Under the pieces are notes generated by a model, which did no database searches, was not told the origin of the DNA, and saw nothing but the letters and a program-made list of their open reading frames with translations. Below, one piece after another: positions 7,651 to 20,774 of a DNA stretch of 64,000 nt. This stretch comes from Myxococcota bacterium (GTDB lineage Bacteria > Myxococcota_A > Polyangia > Nannocystales > Nannocystaceae): positions 352,001 through 416,000 of the forward strand of contig JBCCHT010000003.1 of the NCBI GenBank assembly GCA_039028615.1, read 5' to 3'. Made by a program: the position numbers and the translations under genes. How positions within the stretch are numbered: position 1 is the first letter of the stretch; the number at the start of each line of letters is the position of its first letter.

Positions 7651-8937
7651 CTACTCCTCGACCACCGCATAGACGGAGCCGAGGCACATCTCGTCGCCGG
7701 TCCCTTCGCCCCAGGTGACGGGTTCGGTCGCGTCCATGGTGTCGAACTCGCAGGTGATCCGCAGCGAGTCCTCGCTCGAGATCTCGATCCTCTCGTCGTA
7801 CCAGTAGCTCCGCTGCCAGTTGAAATCCCAGCGGGGGATCTCGAGCAGACATTCGACCTCGCCATCGGGGCCTACCCGCTCGATCCGCTGCGAGACCCCG
7901 CGCTTGTGCATGTGCGGGTTGGCCCCGAGCAGCCGCAGGTTCTTGGTCCCCTCGAAGTCCACCTGCCACGAGATGGGAAAGTCATCGGTGGTGACGAAGC
8001 TTCGCTGGCCCGGCTCGCCCACGAAGTCGAGATCGATCGCAACGAGCTCGAGCATCGGCCGCAACGACCCCGTGGGTTCCGCCTGCAGCTCGAGGGTGGT
8101 GCGGTCCGTCTGCCCTGGACCCCCCGCCACGTTGTAGTGCATCTCGATGATGAGCGGCATCTCCCCATCGACCTCCACCCCGATGCCCTCGGGGAACAGC
8201 TCTGCCCCCGCACCGGGAGCCCAGCCCGCCACGCTGGTGGCGTCGACCTGCGGCCCCGTGCCGAGACAGGGGTAGCCGGGCTCCTCCGAGTCCGCGTCGA
8301 GCTGTCGCGCCTCGTCGGCGGCGGCCTGGTCCATGGCCTGATACGCGATGAGGTGATGCACGATGCTCGGGTTGCCGGGCACGACATTGAACCCGGAGAT
8401 GGCCATGGCCCCCGGAGAGTCGACGACGAAGCAGCGGTAGTCGTCGGTCTGGCTCTGGTCGGGCAGGTAGTCCACGCCGATGTCGACGGAGCGGATGTCG
8501 CCATCGAGCTTCGGTCGTAGCTGAGGCTCGGGCGCGACGATGCTGGTATCGCCCTGCTCGGCGCCGCCTTCGACCCACAGCTCGAACGACTCGATCTGCT
8601 CGTCGCTGAGCCACTGCGAGTGCTTGAAGGTGCGGCACTCCCCGGAGGCATCGGCGAGATAGGGCGGCATCCGACGGTCGCGGACCGAGCTGGCGATGGC
8701 CGAGGACCAGTTGCTCGCGTCCTCGTAGTTGTCGAGGGCGAAGGGGGCCGCGCCGCCGGCCTGATGACACCCGACGCAGTACTCCGCGAGCAAGGGGCGG
8801 ATGTGCTCGGTATAGGTGCGAAGCGCCGCGGCCTCGTCCTCGATTTCCATGGGCGTGTCCGCCTGTTGTTTGCAGCCGACGAGGGCGATGGCCAGGGAGC
8901 ACAGGGCGATGGAGCGATGGGTCATGGGGAGGGTCAT
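7651..8937 (-). CDS. Lipoprotein: N-terminal c-type heme domain plus copper type II ascorbate-dependent monooxygenase (PHM/DBH-like) domains
   Basis: Lipobox LVGC; CVGCH and RMPP; DDYRCF, IVHH, PHMH, WDFNWQ and GEGTGDEMC. ATGA overlap with the upstream gene. Confidence 0.85.
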   Translation of the reverse strand: MTLPMTHRSIALCSLAIALVGCKQQADTPMEIEDEAAALRTYTEHIRPLLAEYCVGCHQAGGAAPFALDNYEDASNWSSAIASSVRDRRMPPYLADASGECRTFKHSQWLSDEQIESFELWVEGGAEQGDTSIVAPEPQLRPKLDGDIRSVDIGVDYLPDQSQTDDYRCFVVDSPGAMAISGFNVVPGNPSIVHHLIAYQAMDQAAADEARQLDADSEEPGYPCLGTGPQVDATSVAGWAPGAGAELFPEGIGVEVDGEMPLIIEMHYNVAGGPGQTDRTTLELQAEPTGSLRPMLELVAIDLDFVGEPGQRSFVTTDDFPISWQVDFEGTKNLRLLGANPHMHKRGVSQRIERVGPDGEVECLLEIPRWDFNWQRSYWYDERIEISSEDSLRITCEFDTMDATEPVTWGEGTGDEMCLGSVYAVVEE

Positions 8938-9506
8938 CTCGATTCCACGACGACCTTGAGCAGCTTCCACTCGTTGGCGCCATGGTTGTGCAGGTGAAAG
9001 AAGACGGGCTCGTCGGCTGTGATGTCGCGTTCGAGCACGATCCGCTCGCGGTAGATCCGAGCGGGTGCGGGGATGTCGACGGTGCGCTCCCAGTGCAGGG
9101 CCGAGCCGGCCATCAACGCGACGTGGGCTCGAGAGGCCTCCGACTCGGGGTCAAAAAGCTGCAGGTGCGCGAGGGTGAAGGAGACGACGGAGCCGGCCGG
9201 GACGTCGCTCAGGGCGGGCTGCTGGAGCGCGAGGTAGTTGCAGGTCCCAGTGTCGATATCGAGGGCGCCGTCGGAGGTCAGGCGCCAGGCCTCGCCCGGC
9301 TCGCACTCGACCTCGGCCGGGGCATGCCCGGTGAGGGCCTCGGGCTCACGAGTCGTGGGCACCCACTCCGTGTTTTCGACCAGAATCGGGACTGCGGGTT
9401 CCACGCCACGGGTCGCGAAGGGGTCGTCCTCGGGGGCTCCGCAGGCGACCAAAAGCAGCGAAAACGCCACGCCAAGGGCACGTAGCGGGGTTTCGGCTCC
9501 AAACAC
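8934..9506 (-). CDS. Hypothetical lipoprotein with C-terminal FHLHNHG motif
   Basis: Lipobox LVAC. GTG at 9506 is preceded by TACACT. Translationally coupled to the monooxygenase gene. Confidence 0.7.
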   Translation of the reverse strand: MFGAETPLRALGVAFSLLLVACGAPEDDPFATRGVEPAVPILVENTEWVPTTREPEALTGHAPAEVECEPGEAWRLTSDGALDIDTGTCNYLALQQPALSDVPAGSVVSFTLAHLQLFDPESEASRAHVALMAGSALHWERTVDIPAPARIYRERIVLERDITADEPVFFHLHNHGANEWKLLKVVVESR

Positions 9507-9549
9507 GAAGGCAGTGTAGGGGCGACATCCCCGGCCGGGTACGGCGGAT

Positions 9550-9583
9550 CCGACGAACCGGGGGTATCCGCCGACGAACCGGG
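9550..9583 (-). promoter_or_regulatory. Putative LytTR-family binding site: 13-bp direct repeat with 21-bp period
   Basis: CCGACGAACCGGG occurs at 9550-9562 and 9571-9583 (minus strand core CGGTTCGTC). It lies upstream of a TACACT -10 at 9513-9518 and next to the lytS/lytTR genes. Confidence 0.7.
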
Positions 9584-9610
9584 CCGGTCGCGATTGCGGG
9601 CCCTCGGGGG

Positions 9611-10660
9611 GTGCCGTCACCATGGGATCGCGTGCCCCGTCCGACACGACTGGTCGTCCTCCCGCTGGTGATCGCGTTGATGATCATTCCCGCGGTCTTG
9701 CCCGCGTCGCGAGGCGAGCACGACGCGGAGTGGTGGATGGGCCTCGGGTTCGTCTATGCCCAGCTGCTGGTCGTGCTGGCGGCGACCGAGGGCATCTGCC
9801 GCGCGGTGATGGCCGACCAGCGGGCGACGACCCGCGGCGTGCTGCTGGGGCTTTCGTGCTCGCTCGGGCTCGAGTGGGCGCTGTCGACCATGGAGTGGCT
9901 GTGGCTGCCCGAGTACCAGGTCTTCGAAGGAGAGGAGCTGCTGACCTACTCGGAGGTGATCGCCATCTCGGTGCTCTTCGGCTTCATGTCCTTTGCCATC
10001 TGGGTGCTGGCGTTTCGTTACCCCGAGTTCGTGGCCCGCGACGCCGCGCGAGCCCACGAAGCGGAGCGCCTGCGCTCGATGGCGGATCGGCAGGAGCTCG
10101 AGGCCCGGCTCGCGCCGCACTTTCTGCTCAACACCCTCAACGCGGCGGCGGGTCTGACCGCGACCGAGCCGGACACGGCCCGCGATGTCCTGGTCTCGCT
10201 CGGGGATCTACTGCGGGCGGCGCTCTATCACGATCGCGACGAGACCCACACGGTGGCGCAGGAGCTGACCCTGACCCGCAGCTACACCAGCATCCTCGAG
10301 GCTCGCTACGGGGTCGATCGCCTACGCTTCGAGTGGAAGGAAGACCCGGCCGCCAAGGCGCGCACGCTCCCGCCGCTGCTGCTCCAGCCCCTGGTCGAAA
10401 ATGCGGTCAAGCACGGGGCGCTGCGCAGCCCCAAGCCTTCGGTGGTGGGCATCGAGACCGCGCTGAGTGCCTCGGGGGACCTGCTGCTGCGCATCGACAA
10501 CGAGGGGCGCTACGAGCCCGACCCTTCGGCCAAGCGCCACGGCGTCGACCTCGTGCAGCGCCGCCTCGAGTTCATGGGGGAGGGTTGTGGGCTGCAGATC
10601 GACACGGCGCAGGGGCGCACGGTGGCCACGGTGACGATTCCGACGTCGGCTAGCCCTTGA
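9611..10660 (+). CDS. LytS-type membrane sensor histidine kinase
   Basis: N-terminal TM helices; motifs PHFLLNTLN, LLQPLVENAVKHG and IDNEG. Confidence 0.88.
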   Translation: MPSPWDRVPRPTRLVVLPLVIALMIIPAVLPASRGEHDAEWWMGLGFVYAQLLVVLAATEGICRAVMADQRATTRGVLLGLSCSLGLEWALSTMEWLWLPEYQVFEGEELLTYSEVIAISVLFGFMSFAIWVLAFRYPEFVARDAARAHEAERLRSMADRQELEARLAPHFLLNTLNAAAGLTATEPDTARDVLVSLGDLLRAALYHDRDETHTVAQELTLTRSYTSILEARYGVDRLRFEWKEDPAAKARTLPPLLLQPLVENAVKHGALRSPKPSVVGIETALSASGDLLLRIDNEGRYEPDPSAKRHGVDLVQRRLEFMGEGCGLQIDTAQGRTVATVTIPTSASP

Positions 10661-11405
10661 TGCCCAGCGTGCCGTCGAGCAGCGCCTTGCGGACCTTGCC
10701 TGCGCGGTCCCGAGCCACGGGGACCCGCAGTCCGCCCGCGATGACCCAGCTCTCGTCGCGGTCGCGCTCGAGGCCTTCGACGTGCTCCCGCGCGACCAGC
10801 CAGTTGCGATGCACTCGCAGGAAGCGATCGCCGAAATTGCGTTCGAAGGTGGACAGCGTCACGTCGATATCGAAGCGGCTGCCCCGGGCGTGGACATACG
10901 CGAGCCGTTGTTCGGCCTGGACGGCCAAGACTTCGTCCACCTTCACGAAGGTCAGCCCGGCGCGGGTGCGGGCGACGATGCGGCTGGGCGTAGCCGCGGG
11001 CGTGGGCTCGCCGACCCGCGCGAGCAGGCGATCGATGCACTCGGTCACCCGCTGGGGCGAAAAGGGCTTGAGCACGTAGTCGGTGACGCCGAGCTCGTAG
11101 GCCGCGAGGGCGTGATCGGTGGAGGCGGTGGCCAGCACGAAGCTCGGCGCCTCCGGGCGGCCGCGGTATTGCTCGACGAGCGCGAGCCCGGCCACCTCGG
11201 AGCCCCCGAATCCCCCCAGGTCGATGTCGACGAAGGCCACGTCGAAGCGCACGCCGCTGTCGGCCGCGAGGGCTTGGTTGGCTTCGTCGAGGCTCTCGAC
11301 GGCGGCAAAGACCTCGATGCTGGGATGCTGGCCCAACAGCTCGACCAGGTAGCGCCGAGCGGCCCGCTCGTCCTCGACCACGAGGGCCCGCAGCTGCCTC
11401 GCCAT
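10650..11405 (-). CDS. LytTR-family response regulator
   Basis: REC domain (LVVEDE, AFVDID, DYVLKPF) plus LytTR domain (FLRVHRNWLV). Real start is MARQLR at 11405. Confidence 0.9.
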   Translation of the reverse strand: MARQLRALVVEDERAARRYLVELLGQHPSIEVFAAVESLDEANQALAADSGVRFDVAFVDIDLGGFGGSEVAGLALVEQYRGRPEAPSFVLATASTDHALAAYELGVTDYVLKPFSPQRVTECIDRLLARVGEPTPAATPSRIVARTRAGLTFVKVDEVLAVQAEQRLAYVHARGSRFDIDVTLSTFERNFGDRFLRVHRNWLVAREHVEGLERDRDESWVIAGGLRVPVARDRAGKVRKALLDGTLGIKG

Positions 11406-11476
11406 GCGGACATCGTAGCAGCGATGGTCGGCGACGCTGCCGAGGCGATGCGCTTTGGTCCACGCCGTGGTGCGGG

Positions 11477-14305
<2,829 letters not shown>

Positions 14306-14425
14306 GGGCGGGCGCGAAGATCAGGGTATCCCGGACCTCCCCGAGAGCACGAGCAATCCGAGACCGGCCACCAGCGTCCGCATGCCTCGTTCATGGAGGC
14401 ACCCCCACGAACGTCTCATCCCGAT

Positions 14426-15499
14426 CTAGGGCGCGATGGCGGGGATCAGCAAGACCTGCTCGGCCGCCTGCTCCCCCCGCTTGATGGTGAGGGTCAGTCG
14501 CGAGCCCACCCCGTGCAGCTGGGTCAGGTAGGCGACATCCGACACGCGCGTGACCGGCTGATCATTGATGGCGAGGATGAAGTCACCCTCGGCGAGCTCG
14601 GCCTTGGCCGCGGGCCCGGCCTTCTCGACCTTGGTGATCCGCACCAGCCCGGGGAGCCCACCGTCGATCGAGTTCTCGGCCTTGATGCCCAGTCGCGCGT
14701 GGCGAACTCGGCCGTAGGTCCACACTTCCTCGAGGAAGCGACGCGCCATGGGGGCCGGGACGGCGAAGGCCAGGCCCTGGCCATCGGCTCGCACCGCGGT
14801 GGCGATGCCGACGACCTTGCCGTCGGCGTCGACCAGCGGGCCACCCGAGTTGCCGATGTTGATCGAGGCGTCGGTCTGGATGAACGACCAGATTCCGTCG
14901 GGGCGAAGATCGGGCGGGCGACCGAGGTCGTCGTGATCGCGCCCCAGGCCGCTGACCACCCCGACGGTGACGGTGTGACCGAGCCCGAAGGGCTGCCCCA
15001 CCGCCATGACCCACTCGCCGGGCGTCGGCGGTCGGTCGGAGAACTCGACGGGGCGGAGGTCGTCGCTCGCCCCCTGGACCTCGAGCAAGGCCAGGTCGAG
15101 CAGGGGGTCGGCATGCAGGACGCGAGCCTCGAGTCGGTCGCGATTGCTCAGCTCGACCTGCACCCGAGTGGCGTCGGCGATGACGTGCTCGTTGGTGAGG
15201 ACCTGCCCGCGGGCGCTGACCAGCATGCCGCTGCCGACCCCGCGGAGGTTCTTGCGCTGTCCCGACGAGGTGCGGCCGGACACGGTGGAGACCACCGTGA
15301 CCACCGACGGTGACATCTGCTGGGCGACCCGAGCGAAGTCGGGGACGACGATGGTGTGGCCGCCGTTGGTCGGCGGTGCCTCGCGGCTCGGCGTCTCCAC
15401 GACCCGGGCGGGAGGCGGGCGCGAGCCGGCGGGGGACTCTTCGACGCGACGGCAGCCCATGCCCACCACGAGGGCGAGCGAGAGCAGCGACGCGCGCAT
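14426..15499 (-). CDS. HtrA/DegP-like trypsin serine protease with one PDZ domain (lipoprotein)
   Basis: Motifs LTNEHV, DLALL and IQTDASINIGNSGGPL; C-terminal PDZ; lipobox GMGC. Confidence 0.9.
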   Translation of the reverse strand: MRASLLSLALVVGMGCRRVEESPAGSRPPPARVVETPSREAPPTNGGHTIVVPDFARVAQQMSPSVVTVVSTVSGRTSSGQRKNLRGVGSGMLVSARGQVLTNEHVIADATRVQVELSNRDRLEARVLHADPLLDLALLEVQGASDDLRPVEFSDRPPTPGEWVMAVGQPFGLGHTVTVGVVSGLGRDHDDLGRPPDLRPDGIWSFIQTDASINIGNSGGPLVDADGKVVGIATAVRADGQGLAFAVPAPMARRFLEEVWTYGRVRHARLGIKAENSIDGGLPGLVRITKVEKAGPAAKAELAEGDFILAINDQPVTRVSDVAYLTQLHGVGSRLTLTIKRGEQAAEQVLLIPAIAP

Positions 15500-15553
15500 C
15501 GCTACGAGAGACGGAAGCGGTACGCGCATCGCAACGAGCGGTCGAGCCGACGC

Positions 15554-15985
15554 TCAGCCGTTGTTGTTGTTGTCGCCGGGGGTCGGGATCACGCCCGGGT
15601 TCTGCGTCACGGGAGCAGCCTGGGTCACGGCGGGAGTCGCCTGGACCGGGGCAGCGGGGGCCGCCTGCCCGACGGGCGCGGCCTGCTGGATCGGGTCGGC
15701 CTGGTAGGCGGGCGTGGGCGCGGCCTGGTAGGCCCCGGGATCGGCGGGCGCAGCCACATCGGGAGCACCCGGCACGGCGCCTTCGGCCGTCGCGTCCTCG
15801 GCGGGCTTGGGCGGCATCACCTCGTAGCCGTCGTCGTCTCCGCCCTCGTCGCGGGGTAGGATCTTCTCGCTGGTGTCGGCGAGCTCGCCGAGCCAAGCCT
15901 GGTATTCTTCTTTGGTGACGCGGCCAGCGCGGACGTTGCGCTGAACCACTCGCTTGTCGAACAGGCGCGCGCGGTCGATATTCAT
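15554..15985 (-). CDS. Hypothetical protein (short globular N-terminus, Ala/Pro/Gln-rich tail)
   Basis: N-terminus LFDKRVVQRNVRAGRVTKEEY followed by a low-complexity tail; coding bias. Confidence 0.7.
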   Translation of the reverse strand: MNIDRARLFDKRVVQRNVRAGRVTKEEYQAWLGELADTSEKILPRDEGGDDDGYEVMPPKPAEDATAEGAVPGAPDVAAPADPGAYQAAPTPAYQADPIQQAAPVGQAAPAAPVQATPAVTQAAPVTQNPGVIPTPGDNNNNG

Positions 15986-16220
15986 GGCGGCTGGGTTGTA
16001 GATCACCGCATGCATGCCGTCAAACGCGCCAAAACTCGCATCCAGCGGCGCTGGAGAGTCTTGCGCCCCTAACGCGGCATGGGAATAATCCGCGGCTGGG
16101 CAGGGTCTCGGGGCGTTCTCGGCGGACCGAGCCACGGCGACGTCACCGCGGCCCCCTGCGTTCGTACCTCACGCCCGCCGTCCCCACGACTTCTTTTCAG
16201 CGAGTATTGCGAGCTTCACC

Positions 16221-17228
<1,008 letters not shown>

Positions 17229-17239
17229 GAGTTTCGCCG

Positions 17240-18199
17240 ATGGCGCCCACGCCCAGCCAGCACGAGGCGGAAGAAGCCAAGGCCCGCACGGCCGAGCTCC
17301 TCAAGGAGATCCGCCGCATCGAGATCCAGACCTCGAGGCTGGTCACCCAGCACTTGGCGGGCTCGTATCAGTCCGCGTTCAAGGGGCAGGGCATCGCGTT
17401 CTCCGAGGTCCGCGCCTACGAGCCCGGCGACGACGTGCGGGCCATCGACTGGAACGTCACCGCGCGCACGGGCGAGCCCCACGTCAAGCTCTTCACCGAG
17501 GAGCGCGAGCTCACCGTGATGCTGATGGTCGACATGTCGGCCAGCCTCGATCTCGGCAGCCGCGAGCAGGACAAGCGCCACCTGGTGGCGCGCCTGGTCG
17601 CGACCTTTGCCTTCTCCGCCATTCAGAACAACGACCGGGTGGGGCTCATCGGCTTCACCGATCGAGTCGAGGTGTTCGTGCCGCCCCGTAGCGGCCGCAA
17701 GCACGTGCTGGCCGTGATTCAGCGGGTGCTCAGCCATACCCCGGAAAGCCGCGGCACCTCGCCCGCGGTGGCGCTCGAGTACATGGCGCGGCTGCACAAG
17801 GGGCACGGCGTCGCCATCTTGGTGTCCGACTTCGTCGATGCGATGGGCGACGGTGACCCCGAGCAAGAGCGCCGCCTCGAGCACGCGCTCAAGGTCGCCA
17901 AGCGGCGGCACGACCTCATTCCCATCCGCGTCGAGGACCCGCTCGAGCTCGAGCTGCCCACGCTGGGCCTGCTGACGGTCGAGGATCTCGAGCTGCTCGG
18001 GCTGGGGGGCGACCACGTGGTCGACCTGGGGCCTGGCTCGGCGAAGCGCTATCGCGACGAGGTCGCCCAGGAGCGCGCGCGCATCGACAAGCTCATGCGC
18101 AAGCTCAGCCTGCCCATGATGAGCATCACCTGCGGCGACGATTGGCAGAAGCCGCTGGTCGCCTTCTTCGCGCGCCGCAACCGGAGGCTGCGGGCATGA
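17240..18199 (+). CDS. DUF58 domain protein
   Basis: Motifs FSEVRAYEPGDDVRAIDWNVTAR and EERELTV. Confidence 0.92.
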   Translation: MAPTPSQHEAEEAKARTAELLKEIRRIEIQTSRLVTQHLAGSYQSAFKGQGIAFSEVRAYEPGDDVRAIDWNVTARTGEPHVKLFTEERELTVMLMVDMSASLDLGSREQDKRHLVARLVATFAFSAIQNNDRVGLIGFTDRVEVFVPPRSGRKHVLAVIQRVLSHTPESRGTSPAVALEYMARLHKGHGVAILVSDFVDAMGDGDPEQERRLEHALKVAKRRHDLIPIRVEDPLELELPTLGLLTVEDLELLGLGGDHVVDLGPGSAKRYRDEVAQERARIDKLMRKLSLPMMSITCGDDWQKPLVAFFARRNRRLRA

Positions 18200-19746
18200 G
18201 GGCGTTCGTCGTCGTGGTCGGGCTGCTCGCAGTGCTGTGGCCCGTGGCGGCCGTGGCCGCGCCTGCGGCCGCTCCCGCTCAGCCCGCAGCGGTCCCCGCA
18301 GCGCCCGTGCCCGCTCCGCCGCCCGTTGCCGATCCGGCGCGTGGATCGGGCGTCGTGGATGCCCAGCCCGGGGCCGCGGCTCCCGGTGGCGAGCCGAGCC
18401 CTGCCCTGAACGACGAGGCCGAGCCCGATCTCGTCCCGCTCGATTCGTTGCCGTCGGCCGTACCCGCCGAGCCCGTCGCGCCCGAGCCCACGTCCAAGGC
18501 AGAGGCCGACGACCCGGCCCCGCCCGTCGCTCGCAACAAGACGCCCGTGGTGAGCGACGGTCCGGTCGCCGTGACCACCCGGCTGTCGCCCGATCCGGCC
18601 AACATCGGCGACGTTCTCGTCTACGAGATCACCGCGGCCTACCCCCGCGACGTTCGAGTCAACTTGCCCACCCGGGTGAGCTTCGAGCCGCTGCACCACG
18701 TGCGTACCGACGAGGGCGAGCCCGAGTCCACGGGGGAGGGGCTGCGCAAGACCTTCCGGGTGGAACTCCAGCACTTCGCCGTCGGAGAGGCCGAGATCCC
18801 CGGCTTCCCGCTCACCTATGTCGACGCCGAGGGCGGGATCAACACGGTGCAGGTGCCGGCCCGGCCCTTCGTGATCGAGTCGCTGCTCGTCAACGAGGAC
18901 GACCCGCAGCGCCGCGGCGAAGACCCGCCCATCTCGCGGACATATCCCGACACGCTCACCGAGGTGATCATCGTCTCCGCGGTGGCCACGTTGCTGGTGG
19001 CCCTGATCGCGTGGCTCGTCCTGCGAAGGCTGTGGGGGCGCAACAAGGGCGAGGCCCTGCCGCCGCCGGTTCCCGCCCACGAGGTGGCCCTGGAGGCGCT
19101 CGACGAGCTCGAGGGCGGCGAGCTGCTCGCCCACGGCGAGGTGCAGCGCTACTACGTCGAGCTCACCGAGATCGCCAAGGGCTACATCGAGGGACGATTT
19201 GCCGTCGAGGCTCTCGATCGGACGACCGAGGAGATTCGGGAGTCGCTGCGCAAGGACCCGCGCCGCGTCGCTCCGCTCGAGGCGGACCAGGTGATCGCGT
19301 TCCTCGAAGAGTGTGACCTGGTGAAGTTCGCTCGGCTGCAGCCGCCCGAAACCGAGGCTCGCGACGCGCTGGGCTCGGTGCGCGGGATGGTTCAGGAGTC
19401 GATCCCGTCGCCCGACGACCCGCAGCCGGCCGAGCCCGCGGCTGACGAGAGTGAGGCGTCGAAGCCCGCCGAGCCCGCTGAAGGCGCGGACGCGGAGGCC
19501 TCGGGGTCGACCTCGGCGGACGCCGTCGCCGACGACGGCGAAGCGTCGAAGTCGGGCGAGCCAGAGCCCGTCGTCGAGGAGAGCGAAGCAGCGGAGCCCG
19601 AGGCGAAGCCCGCCGCAGACACGACGCAGGACGCGATGAAGCAGGCCCCGTCCGAGCCCGCCTCCGACGCGACCGCGGCCAAGCAGGCCCCGGCCGACGC
19701 CGCCCCATCCCCCTCGGACTCGGACGCCTCGGAGGACACGCCATGA
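18196..19746 (+). CDS. Membrane protein of the bat/MoxR operon with Pro/Ala- and acidic-rich tails
   Basis: Signal peptide, Ig-like region and TM; motifs PAHEVALEAL, YYVELTEI..GYIEGRF and CDLVKFA. ATGA overlap. Confidence 0.8.
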   Translation: MRAFVVVVGLLAVLWPVAAVAAPAAAPAQPAAVPAAPVPAPPPVADPARGSGVVDAQPGAAAPGGEPSPALNDEAEPDLVPLDSLPSAVPAEPVAPEPTSKAEADDPAPPVARNKTPVVSDGPVAVTTRLSPDPANIGDVLVYEITAAYPRDVRVNLPTRVSFEPLHHVRTDEGEPESTGEGLRKTFRVELQHFAVGEAEIPGFPLTYVDAEGGINTVQVPARPFVIESLLVNEDDPQRRGEDPPISRTYPDTLTEVIIVSAVATLLVALIAWLVLRRLWGRNKGEALPPPVPAHEVALEALDELEGGELLAHGEVQRYYVELTEIAKGYIEGRFAVEALDRTTEEIRESLRKDPRRVAPLEADQVIAFLEECDLVKFARLQPPETEARDALGSVRGMVQESIPSPDDPQPAEPAADESEASKPAEPAEGADAEASGSTSADAVADDGEASKSGEPEPVVEESEAAEPEAKPAADTTQDAMKQAPSEPASDATAAKQAPADAAPSPSDSDASEDTP

Positions 19747-20774
19747 GAGCGTTGGCTCAGATCTTCGGCTTCGCCGCGGGCGCGCTGGCCTTCGTGGCGC
19801 TGACGCTCGTGTGGCAGCACGGGTCCGACCTACGGCACGTGCTGTGGTGGCGCCCGTGGTGGTGGCTGGCCGCCGTCATTCCCGTCGCCGTGGTCATCAT
19901 TCGGCACTGGCGCATGCCTCGACCCGCCACGCTGCGGTTTTCCCGAACGCGCTCGCTCAAGCGCCTCCAGACCAGCTGGGCCGCCCGCATGGTGCACTTG
20001 CCCGACGGTCTGCGGGTCGCGGCGGCCATTTTGCTCGGGGGCGCGCTGGCCCGGCCCCAGTCCAGCCGCGGCAACGACCGGGTCCACCACGAGGGCATCG
20101 ACATCGTCATCGTGCTCGACCTGTCCGACTCGATGGAGACGCCGGACATGGTGCCCAACCGCCTCGGCGCGGCGCAGGCGGTGATCGACGACTTCATCCG
20201 TCGCCGCCCTCGCGACCGCATCGGGCTGGTGGCCTTCGGCAGCACGGCCTCCACGGTGGCGCCGCTGACCACCGACCACGGGGTGCTGCGCACGCTGGTC
20301 AGCCGCCTGCGTCTGGGCCTGATGGACGGCAACTCCACGGCGATCGGCGCGGGCCTGGGCATGGCGCTCAACCGCCTCGCCGACTCCGATGCCGACAGCC
20401 AGGTCATCGTGTTGCTCACCGACGGCGTGCACAATGCCGACGGCGTCGACCCGGACCAGGTCTCCAGCGAGATCGCCGACCGGGGCGTGGCCGTCTACAC
20501 CGTGCTCATCGGGCGCCACGGCTACGACAGCGGCTCCATCGACCCGGGTCGACTCGAGCGCATCGCCAGCGTCACGGGTGGCTTCGCCTACACCGCGGCC
20601 GACCGCCAGGCCCTGCAGGGCACCTTCCAGGACCTGCTCAACAAGCTCGAGCGCACCAGCATCGAGGGCGAGCCCATTCGCCCCGAGCTGTTCCAGTGGC
20701 TGTTGTGGCCGGCGTTGCTGCTGCTGGTGCTCGACGTCAGCCTGCGAACGACTCGCCTGCGGAGGTTCCCATGA
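19743..20774 (+). CDS. batA: vWA domain protein, BatA-like
   Basis: MIDAS motif DLSDSM; DRIGLVAF, TAIGAGL and LLTDG. Confidence 0.85.
   Translation: MRALAQIFGFAAGALAFVALTLVWQHGSDLRHVLWWRPWWWLAAVIPVAVVIIRHWRMPRPATLRFSRTRSLKRLQTSWAARMVHLPDGLRVAAAILLGGALARPQSSRGNDRVHHEGIDIVIVLDLSDSMETPDMVPNRLGAAQAVIDDFIRRRPRDRIGLVAFGSTASTVAPLTTDHGVLRTLVSRLRLGLMDGNSTAIGAGLGMALNRLADSDADSQVIVLLTDGVHNADGVDPDQVSSEIADRGVAVYTVLIGRHGYDSGSIDPGRLERIASVTGGFAYTAADRQALQGTFQDLLNKLERTSIEGEPIRPELFQWLLWPALLLLVLDVSLRTTRLRRFP

Noticed and set aside
14426..15499. HtrA as the borosin maturation protease
   Set aside because: It is 9 kb away, an exported lipoprotein, and shows no evidence of linkage.
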